Below are positions 53,764 to 64,000 of a stretch of 64,000 nt of DNA, one piece after another. The stretch's first letter is position 1. Every line of letters starts with the position of its first letter. The DNA comes from Lama guanicoe (lineage: Eukaryota), in the NCBI GenBank assembly GCA_013239625.1, contig MU054001.1:6249078-6313077 (forward strand). The letters are read 5' to 3'. The notes below the pieces were generated by a model. It searched no databases, had not been told where the DNA came from, and was given only the letters and a program-made list of their open reading frames with translations. Both the position numbers and the translations under genes were made by a program.

Positions 53764-53847
53764 CTTTGATGTACCGAGGCAGCCAATGGGCCTATCTGGC
53801 CTTCCGGAGAGTCCTAATTTTTCATTTATACCCAGATGGAAATAAGC
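53764..53847 (-). CDS. PHKB: PHKB coding exon (84 nt): [28 protein letters not shown]
   Basis: ttacag|GCT...AAG|gtgctc. Confidence 0.96.
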
Positions 53848-54449
53848 CTGTAAGACACAAATTTGTAAATCAGAGTCAGTCAAGAACCCATGCTTTTCCT
53901 TTTTTGTCCCATTTTTTTCCCCCTTGACTACTGCCCTGCTAATTTCTGATCTTCCCAGAGAAAAAGAGGCCAGGGAAACTTTACTCAGTGAACTTGTAGG
54001 AAAACAAGCCAGTCAGTAATATCAACTTAGACTTGGGGGCACTGGGAGATTTGAGAACAAAACTTTTACAGATTCACTTAGTAACATTTTAAGATTGTTC
54101 TTACGCTTTATAAATTTACAATTTGTATAGCTCTCTCTGATTCATGTAAGAACAGAGAGAGTTAAATGCTTCCTATGTGATAAAAAAAATTTGGCTATTT
54201 AAAAGTTTTGAAAAACAGGGCCACATAACTTCTACTAGACTTCCACCCTCAAGTATTTCCCACCAGCATGGACAAATCTTATTGATTCTTCTGATGATAT
54301 GAATTTTACGAAAAATTTAATCCATATGCTACAAGTGAATGGTCCAGTTATTCTCATTACTCCTTAGCTAGTAACAATTTCACTTTGGTATGTGTTGAAA
54401 GGAATGTAATTGATTGTGTGTGATCCCTGAAAAAAACCAGAAGTATAAG

Positions 54450-55290
54450 ACAGGGTTATAGATTTTTAAAAGTACACCGATGAATACACACACATAAATC
54501 AATATGGGTATATATTTACATAAGTGGGTTCATATACTATATAATGGGCTTGGTACCTCATTTTTTTAACTTAATATTATTTTTCTACAAAGTAAAAACA
54601 GACTTGGAGTGAACTAGGAGTCAATCAGCTCTGATAAGCTGAGCACCTAATCCAATCAAAAAGCCCCCTTACCCTATTTAACATCTATCCCCTGATGAAG
54701 GTAGCTCCCAATCTTTTATAAGTTAAAAATTAATTCAGTAACCATCTTTGGACAGCATGCTATTATATCTGTAGGATAATTTCCTAGACTAGATGGATCA
54801 AAGAGACTATATGTTCTCTTTGAAACCTAATGCCAGGTTGGTCACCCTCCAGAAGTAATGGGCCAATTTACACTGACATTAATAGTACACAGGCCTTTTT
54901 TTGTCACTCTCTTGGGTCACAGTATTTCATTTTAGTTTTAAACTATCATATTCAAATATTTTGTGGCTGACCATTTTCCCATATATTTAATGGCTATTTG
55001 TATATCCCATACATTTTTTTCATTTTCTTTCCCCTTCTCTACTGGGCATTTGTCATTCTCTTCATTTGTAAGAGATCTTGATATATTTAGTGATTTTTAT
55101 ATTTAAATCATTTTTTAAAATGTTTAAATCTTTCATCTGTCTGAAATTTATTTTTGTATCTGATGAGAAGTAGAAATCAAACTTAAATTTTCCAAAATGA
55201 AAATCAAACCAACTGTCTCTAAACAATCTACTGATTATGATTTAAACTGATTTCAAATACGAACCTCATCATATACAAAATTAATGTCAT
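54450..55290 (-). mobile_element. Ancient L1 (L1ME-like) fragments
   Basis: Degenerate T-rich L1 ORF2-end motifs. Confidence 0.5.
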
Positions 55291-58050
55291 CACCAGAGCT
55301 CTTTGTTTGTTCTGCCATGGTGCCCACATCTACGTCAGAGTTATCCCTGTGTCTCTTTCTCCTGCATCGTGTGTTCCTAGAGAACATACCCTGAGTAGGC
55401 ACTGTGCCTAGCATAAAGCTGGTGCTCAGGAAATGCTTGATGGATGAATGAGGCAGCATCTGTAAGACCTCATGAGCCACAGGTGCTGAGCATATTAAAT
55501 CTGTAACAGCAGTGCTTTTAGACAAAGTTAACAGGCCAGAAAAAGTACTCTAAGCATTGTGTTGTATAGCTGCACCGGAACTACAGTGCACAGCACTTAG
55601 GAGACCCCCTCCTTCCCTTAAATATTTTCAATTTTTCAGAAATAAGTATACACTAAAATACTTCAGATTTCTTCTTTTAGACAAATGATCATATTAATCA
55701 ACCATGCACAAGCTGAAATGTACTGATCTAGGGAGATCTAGAGAAAATCTTTAAGTACTACTCTATGACAATAAAGGGACTGTCCTTACCTCTCTGACTC
55801 ATGGTAGAACAGGTCTACAACAATGAGGTAATCAGGCACAGAATACTCGCTGCATTCCAGGGTGCAGACGATACTGTCCCCACTCTGTACACATTCACAC
55901 CACTCTATCCTCCGAAATATACAGTAGTGACCAAACCATCCAGAAGTACAGAAGTTCTTCATTCTAGATCTGCACTGTATTCAGATCTGAGGCCAATCAC
56001 ACCACAGTTACTACATCCTGAAACACCAGCTACGCACAGGGAAAGCCCTGCCCCCAGCTGTCTGCCCTCACATCCTTCTCAGTGGGCCGAAGGAGGGAGC
56101 AGCTTCTCAGAAGAGGATGCTCAGCCACTGGCATAAGAATATGTGTATTAACTAAGGGAACACTTTCACTCTTAGAAGGTAGACTACAAGAAGCAATGTA
56201 CTAGGCAGTGTATCTTAAGGATGAATCTCAAAGAGCAGCTGGCCTGGAACATAGAGGCTACAGTCACAGAGAATCTTCTGTATGACATGTGCCCAGGGAA
56301 GCTGGGCTCCTGGTCGCAGATCCGTCTTTTTAGCCATGCCACACACCCAAATTGTTAATCATGAGTTAACGTCATCTTTAAAACAACAAAATTTAAAATA
56401 AGTCAGAACCTGTTGTTAAGTCTTCGCTTTACTCTGTGGCAGGATGCTTCCCACCACCTCTGTGATTCCTTAGCACCCCCTCCTAACGTCTATTATAGGA
56501 CTGATCAAAGTGGATTGTAATCAACTGTTTTTTCTGCCACACCACCAGACTCAGAGGTCACTGACTGAGAACAGGGATAGAGTCACTTTATCTGTGTGCC
56601 CCACACAGTGCTCTGCAAAGAATGGTGTTCACTGTTGAATGAATGAATAAAATGCCACATTTAAGTCATCCGGAGTCACGTTGGTCTTTTAAACCTTAAC
56701 TGTGAGTTGTCTGGTAGAATATAGATTCTAATATAAATTAGGCCTTAAAAAAAACAGATTTGGGTTAATTTGCTTTGAGAGTATGTTTATCAAAGAATAA
56801 TAACCTTTGTTATCATTCCCTGCAGCTTTCAGTGAGAGACCATAAAAATGTCTCAGCAAACACAGCTCACCTGAATGATAAGTGCACAGTGTTACACCTT
56901 AGATTTTTGCCCCCTCTTTCTGCCTTGTGAATTCTTACCTCCCCTCTGGCCTCATTTTACCTCTTCTACCATGAAACCCAATTTTCCAACATTTGCTTCT
57001 TAGTGTGATTTTAAACTATTACCCACTCTAGGGTTCCTTGCATTTTCAGCTGTGTCTCTTTAATTGGAGGGTGGGGGTGGGGAAGAGCTGTAAATCGATT
57101 AGGGGAGGTTTACGGACTTTCGAAGGGCTGGTGGTCTGTGTGACCTGACATCCAGGTTCTAAGGTCCAGTCTGATTAGCAGTAACTCTGGGGCCCTGCAC
57201 TTTCCCTGCAATGTGCATCTCACTTCTCTAGGCTGTTATTCTTCATGTAGCATCAAGGCTTTGATCAAAAACATTTGTATCAACTTAATGACTTAATCTT
57301 GATCACTTGAGAGAGACTACTCTAAACACTTCCACCAAATACTGCAGAGTTTGTTCCTGTACTGTTTTTTAACAATTACCAAATAAAACCAGTGGTTTAT
57401 AAATAATTAGTGAAAATCAACAATTTCCCGTCCCTAATGAGCAAGAATATGCCTAAGCTCAGACACTGCCGGATTCATCTGTAGACGAGTGCATGCAAAA
57501 GACCTCAAAAGTTACCTTTTAATTCAACCTCATAGGTATGTAACTGTACCAAAGATAAATTTGGATGTCACTTTGTAATTATTTTGAGACCCAGCAAACA
57601 AAAGGGGTAGAAACTATGTCAGATGCCAAACAGTTAAGTCAAGAGAAAAAGAGAAGTAGTTATTACCAATGATATTTAGATGAGAGAGTTTCTTTAATAG
57701 TTAATAAAAGGGAAAAACAATCAAATCAAATGTAAAGGTTAATTTTTTAAACAACTACTAAAATTAAAGCCAATTTGTTATTTAAGTGATCAGTCCAGGT
57801 TAGTAATAGACTTTAGCAAGGAGTAGAAATCAACAAGACCTATGACTATGATGTACACACACATTGCAGTTGTGTTTTAGTAACAAAGTCTGATAGAGTG
57901 GGTCTCTCAACTTAATTAGAAAGGCTTTTGGATTAATGACTCTATCTCAGAACTGGATTTTAAATATGCTTCTTGACTGTAAACTAAGTTTAATCTTCAC
58001 GCTCTAGTACCTCCATAAAGCAGACAGGAAAGAAACAGAATCACACTTAC

Positions 58051-58144
58051 TTTCACAAGCTCCTGCTGGGCCCATATCTGAATGGGTTCTACCTGTTGAG
58101 GAGTTTGAGTCTGAATACCGTATGTGTTGAGAAAAACTTGAAGG
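58051..58144 (-). CDS. PHKB: PHKB coding exon (94 nt): [31 protein letters not shown]
   Basis: cttcag|C CTT...AAA|gtaagt. Confidence 0.96.
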
Positions 58145-58655
58145 CTGAAGAACACAGGGAAAAAACAGAGACATTTTAAGATAATCCATTTATAGTTTGG
58201 GCAATGGTGAATGAGGATGAGAAAAGGGAAAAGACCACGCTAACTTGGAGTTAGTAATTTTTATAATGTCAGCAGTATGTCATCTGCACTGGAATCCAGA
58301 GGCCCTGTTGGGCTCTTCATAAAGCATCAGATGGGAGCTTTGGGAGCTGGCAGAGGTTAAGTACCGACTCTGGGAATCCCCATAATCTGTCTGCATTAAT
58401 TTCTCAAAACTACACACCAGGCAACACTGGCACTGGTCATGGTCTTTAATATTCACACCAACTAAAACAAAATTATTTTTAAACATGAAAAGAATGTTGT
58501 CCTGGCACTTAAAGTGACATTAGTGACATCCTTGAAACCCTGTCAATGAGTCTATGAGTTAATTTCTACCACCACGTTCAATATTGTAAGCATAATGCAA
58601 TCAGCCTCCCTCCCTCAGCCCCCAGAAGAACATACCACCCATCTGGATTTCATAC

Positions 58656-58711
58656 CGTTGACTTTCTGCTATTAGCGCTACGTAAACGACCAAATCATTT
58701 TCCAGTGGGCC
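58656..58711 (-). CDS. PHKB: PHKB coding exon (56 nt): GPLENDLVVYVALIAESQ(R)
   Basis: ttgcag|GGC...CAACG|gtatga; phase 0 to 2. Confidence 0.95.
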
Positions 58712-61289
58712 CTGCAATACAGAATAAGGGATGGGGGAAAACATTTGAAAAGATCTGGTCATCATCAGCTACAATGAGAACCATCTCTAAGCAGTTCATT
58801 AAAATGATGGACACCAGCCGACTCTAAGCAGTCGCCTCTCTTTCCTTGCTCTCCACTGCCGACCAATCAATCTGATGGTGCAGACAAAGTAATGGAACAC
58901 CAAGGAATGGAAAGACATAAATCTCACCACTACCAGAGGGGCTGGCCTGTCAGGCTGCTTTGAATGATGCAAAAGAGTAGTTTGGGGACCAAGAGTCATT
59001 TTCCATCATTTAACTATGAAGGGAAGAGTAGGAACTAAAAATAAAGGCCCAATTTATGTATTCTCTAAAAAAAAATGATTGTGAGTTAAAATTGTTCATC
59101 TGACATCTTCACTACATGAAGCTATTCCCCTTCCTGTTAGCCAACTTTCCTTCCGCACCTTACACATCAAAGTAGCTTTATTCTAATATATAGCATCTAT
59201 GGTAGAGAATGAACCACCCAGTTGACTATATAATTAGCACTGTGTTCATTAAATACAAGCTGTTGGGCTTAACAGTTCTAAACAAGATAGTGCTGGATAT
59301 CTGCTACTCTTTTTCTGCGTGGAAAACATTCACTATAACATATTATGCATTGTTAGAGTAAACCCAATTTTGACCCTGTTTATAATTAACACAGAACATT
59401 AAGAAGCACCAATAAATTACACTATTAGGAGGCTGTGAAAAAACTGATTAAATATAATTTCTTTATAGTAATGAATCCAACATTCCCAATAGTATGCTCT
59501 AAAACGTTTGATTTACAATCAGTCAGCTCCTTGATATGGTATTCAATATGCCACTAGAATTTATGTATGATGGAAGGCAAGAAACACCAGAATACATATA
59601 CCAGCAGTAAATAACTTACAGTCAAAGGATGGTTCCCAGAATCATCGTGAAAATGCCATTTCAGGCAGTCTTCCGTGTGATTTAAATGAATACATAAAAT
59701 ACGATGTAACAACCCCACTAAAAGTAAATACACATTAAAAATACTATAAATTTTATCTTTAGTTGATAAAGACTTTACAGTTGATGTTACTCAAAAGGAT
59801 GAGAAAAAGTCATTATTCAGAGTCTCACCAAGAGTTCTAACAAATCAAAGTGTTAGCCTTGATTTTTCTTGGATGAAATCTCCTATTCATCAAGAGGAGG
59901 GGTGACTTGAGAGTGGGCCCTTATCTACACTCTTCAGGACAATTAGTGCTCTTAAATTAAAAAAAAAATGAATACATATATTAGAATACAGATGATATTT
60001 CAGTGACAACAAATAAGGCAGCTGACAGATCCTAGTTGGCAAATTGGTATAATCACAGGTCTGTTTAGAACAATGCTGTTTGCATTTGTATGACAGAGTA
60101 TTCTAAATCTAAAATGCCCACTACACATGTTCAATCACAACGGCATGCGGTTAGGGGATGACCAGATGGCTGAAGAATTCTTTCATTGTGAAAACTCGGC
60201 ATTTCATAAAGTTCCAAATCACAAGCCATCTACCATAATAAGCTGGGGCCTCTAACCCTAGCCCAAGTGAGACCTTCCCTCCATTTCCACCCACAGAAAG
60301 ACTTCACCACGGTCAGTCCCTCCCCCAACAATCCTCTTTCACTGGCAACATTGGAATTATCTTTTCTCTATTTTCACCATTTTCTCCAAAGAACCCAAAC
60401 TGCTGTCTGAATCAGCGAAGTCTCTCTGAAAACTTCCTGATAGTAATTAATACCGTCTATTTCTGAGTGGTGCTTTCCTTAATAACACTGTAGTATTTTC
60501 TGCTTCAAGGTTCACAAAGCACACACGCACACACACGTACATACACATACCAAGCCCAGTGTGGTGCTGGAGCTCTGCATTTTAGGCGCATTTATGTACT
60601 CATTCATTTGACCAATAGTTAAGGCACACTCACACACAAGTCTCCATACTACACCCCAGTGTTACAAGATGAATACAACCCAGTGTCCCTCGAGTTCAGA
60701 GTCTACTGGGACAGATGTACAAGCGATGTTTTCAAATGTGTGTATTATAATGGGAAAGTATTCCACTGATATCTCTCTTTGGGCAGTATAGATCTACCCT
60801 ATTAAAAAAAAAAACAACAACGGCTGCAAGGCATTACATTTTATGGATGTACCATAATTTGTTCGAGGAATGTTTCTTGTGATAACACTTAGGTGGTTTC
60901 CAAAATTTCCGAGAATCCTGAGGATTCAGGGAGAGCACAGAGTGCTTAAGCACGGTACTGGAAACACAGCAGCCATAAAGGACACTCATACTTCCGGCAG
61001 TTGTACTTAAGAGTTTTCACACCTATCCTAGCAGAGTTGTTCCTCTCTTCCTTGCTGAGATTTGCTGTAATATCTATGTGGCCCTTGGTCCCATTGGCTT
61101 CCACCATTCTAAGACATTAGAACCATCCACAATCCCCTTTTCATGACTAGTTCTTCCTCCAAAGAATTCCAAACATCTTTTAAAAGAAATCCGCAAGTGA
61201 CTTACCACCTTCCTAGTTTTCTCTCACTTCCTCAAACATAGAGCATCACTATTTCCTTTCCTTCCTTGCCTCAGTTAACTCTGTGCTCT

Positions 61290-62980
61290 GCCATCTAATC
61301 TGCTTTGCCTTTGAGATGAAGTCTTCACACTTCAAGGACACTCAACTCCTTATCAACCCTACCTCCACACCAAACAGGCTCACTCCAGCTGAGAACCTCA
61401 GAACCATCTTGGATGCCTCCCTTTTACCCTCCATATTCAATTTGTCACTGAAATTCTGTTAATCCCTTTTTCATAAAGTATCTTGAAACATGTTCTCTTT
61501 TCATTTGTATAGTAACATTCAGGATTGAAAAGCAACAACAACAATAAACACTTTACACAACTTTCTACATTCCATATGCGAGGAGGCATTGTTCCAAGTG
61601 CTTTAACAAACAATTATTTCATTTTACAGGTAACAAAAATGAGGCACAGAAAGCTTAAGTAATTTATCCAAGGTCACAGAGCTAGTAAATAGCAGAGCTG
61701 GAATTCACATCCAAGCAGTCTGTGCTCATAATCACTCAGTTATTTTGCCTCTCAAAGAGTGGAAAGAGGGCAAGTTTTAGAAGCGAAGGACCCACATACA
61801 AGTTCCATTTTGTCACTCTGTCTCATGATCCTGGTCATCTAATAGGTGCCTTCAACTTAACATGGACAAAACTGAACTACTGACTTCCTCAAATTCACTC
61901 ACCCTTAAAATATTTCTTATAACAAGTAACAGCTTAAAAAAAAAAAAGACAGCACGTACTAAGCACCACTGATACTACTTACTCATTAACACACCCCTCT
62001 CAGGTAGGCTACTATAATTATTTTCATTTACTGATGAGAAAACAGAGGCACACAGTGATTAAAAAACTTACTTAAACATCTTATAGCTAATACGTGGCAA
62101 AGTGGGGATCCAAATATGGCCAACCTCATCTATCTCTTAAACATTATAGCATCCTGCGTGCCTCTCTAGCGTGCTGCTAACTCACCAGTGAGTCCCACTG
62201 GCTCTACCTCTCCGAGCTTTGGCATGAATCAAACAAGCCACTTCTCTCCACCTCTACTGCTACTATCACCCTGCTCAAAGTCACCATCCTCTTTCACTCA
62301 GTCAACTATCTGTCCTACCTGCCTCAGTCTTATCCCACCGCTCCCAACAGTCCATCCTCCAGATAGTAATGAGGATGGTTTTTTCAAAAAGTATACATCA
62401 GACCACCTCACCACCCCACCCCCACCTGCACGCACACATAGACACCCTGCTTAAAAGTCTCCAGTGTCTTCCCATCACCCGGAGAATAGGAACCAAACTG
62501 CTCGCCATGGCCTCCAAGGCCCTACATGATCTAGCTCCAGCCTGCCTCATCTTTCTCATTCTCCCTCCTCTTCTTCACCATGTTTCAGTCACACTGGGTT
62601 CCCTCTGTCCCTTGAACATGTCAACTGTGTTCCTATCCCAGGGCCTTTGTACTTGGCACATTTCTGTTTGGAATGTTTCTCATTCAGATTGTTGCACGAG
62701 GCCCTCTTGTTATGCAGGTTTCAACCACCATCCCTTTCTCAAAAAGGCCTTCCCTCCCTACCATGGCCAGCCTCTCTCTCTTACTTTATTTTGCCTACGT
62801 CATAGTACCTGTCAGCTCCAGATTATTTGACATTATTTACTTTTATGTCCATTGTTATTCATTCCCACCAGAAAGTAACTCCCTGAGGACCGGGACTCTG
62901 ATCTAGCTTGTCCACTGCTATGTCCCCATTGCCTAGAAGAATGCCTGGCACACAGTAGGTGCTTACTATTGATGAATGAC
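61290..62980 (+). mobile_element. L2 LINE interrupted by two MIRs (~61540-61750, ~61950-62150, both minus)
   Basis: Ends ...GCCTGGCACACAGTAGGTGCTT...GAATGA; MIR cores GAGGCACAGAAAGCTTAAGTAATTTATCCAAGGTCACA. Confidence 0.75.
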
Positions 62981-63759
62981 CGCCCAGGCAAGTTTCTCTA
63001 TGTTCTTCTGGGTTTATCTATAAAATAGGAATAATGATATCTGAGATGCCTACCACATAGGGGGAGGAGCAAACAAAAGAGGGCCTATAAAAATATTTAC
63101 AAGCTTTGAGCTGCTAAACAAGTGATAGTTACACTATTGTTTGTTGTGTGATTATAGCAATGAACCTCGCTGAGCCTCAGCTTCTTCACTGGTAAACTGG
63201 AATAATAAAAGTATTTCATAGGGTTATGAGGATAATACGTAACATATATAAGCATTTAACACAGTGTCTGGCATATATTCTTAAGTGTTTTTTTAAAAAA
63301 ACAGCCTTTTTATCAATCCAGTAACACAACCACAATCCTGGATCACTGTTACAGGCTTCCTGGGCTTTCTGGTTCAGACTTGCCTCTGCTCATCTCACAT
63401 TCTTTACAGTTGGGCTACTTTTCCTGTGCGAGTGATTTTTACAAAGGAGAGGCTCAAAAAATATTTGTTGAATGAATGAAGAAAGGGAGGTAGGGTCAGT
63501 GAGTAAACAGACATATGTATGTCATATTCAGGACATCACTTTAATACTCCAAAACCAGTGCTTCCCAAATAAAGCCCCAGCTTCCAAGGGTCTTTACAAC
63601 TTCACTGTCATCTGTGGTTCCTAGTTGGTCCCCCTGTTTCCTTAGACCACTCCACTGAAAGTACCAGTTCACTCACGTCCATCTCAAGTGTCTGTCTGCT
63701 GTCCTACATTTGGACCACTCCTTCTGTTCCCTTCTGTCTGTCCCATGCCTGACTCACTC

Positions 63760-64000
63760 TTTTTTTTAAATTTTATTTTACTGAGTTACAGTCAGTTTGC
63801 AATGTTATGCCAATTTCCAGTGTAGAGCACAATTTTTCAGCTATACATGTACATACATATATTCATTGTCGCATTCCTTTTCACCGTGAGCTACAAGATC
63901 TTGTATATACTTCCCTGTGTTATACAGTATAATCTTGTTTATCTATTCTATATATGCCTGTCAGTATCTACAAATTTTGAACTCCCAGTCTATCCCTTCC
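63760..64000 (-). mobile_element. Young L1 3' end (camelid-type), runs off the window
   Basis: Closely similar to 20340-20565 (gagttacagtcagttt...gaactcccagtctatccc). Confidence 0.9.

Larger units (their letters stand above)
10980..64000 (-). other. PHKB: PHKB gene, 3' half (17 exon positions incl. one mutually exclusive pair); continues beyond window end
   Basis: Hand-spliced exons give a continuous 607-aa ORF from GPLENDLVV... to ...DDSCLVS*, matching the recalled C-terminal part of mammalian phosphorylase kinase beta. All introns are GT-AG with consistent phases. The 3' end is approximate. Confidence 0.97.

Noticed and set aside
62188..62906. ORFs up to 153 aa
   Set aside because: They lie within decayed L2 sequence with no gene structure.
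58712..64000. Searched for the preceding PHKB exon (expected to end ...SNQ)
   Set aside because: Not found; this stretch is intronic and the exon must lie beyond the window.
1..64000. Prokaryotic-type systems (CRISPR arrays, operons, rRNA genes)
   Set aside because: None seen; the window is intron-rich mammalian DNA.

Overview
Mammalian genomic DNA, very probably camelid: it carries a tRNA-derived SINE resembling the camelid Vic-1 family and camelid-type L1 3' ends. The window holds the 3' half of PHKB (phosphorylase kinase regulatory subunit beta) on the minus strand. I read 18 coding exons by hand between 58711 and 11754, all GT-AG. They include a pair of mutually exclusive 91-nt exons. 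Using one exon of the pair, the splice gives 1824 nt = 607 codons + TAG with no frameshift, ending in the CaaX motif CLVS. The likely poly(A) signal is at ~11000, and the 5' part of the gene lies beyond the right edge. Positions 1-10.9 kb are downstream intergenic DNA rich in repeats (MIR, old L1, MLT, two solo ERV LTRs, MER91, MER2). The most unusual items are (1) a ~320-bp decayed FAT3-like cadherin-repeat fragment in a PHKB intron, (2) a 197-bp TSD-flanked insertion made almost entirely of an L1 5' end with no poly(A), and (3) a perfect 27-bp inverted repeat just downstream of an exon. I see no evidence for a new multi-gene system. Gene and repeat names come from recalled sequence knowledge, not database searches, and boundaries of old repeats are approximate.
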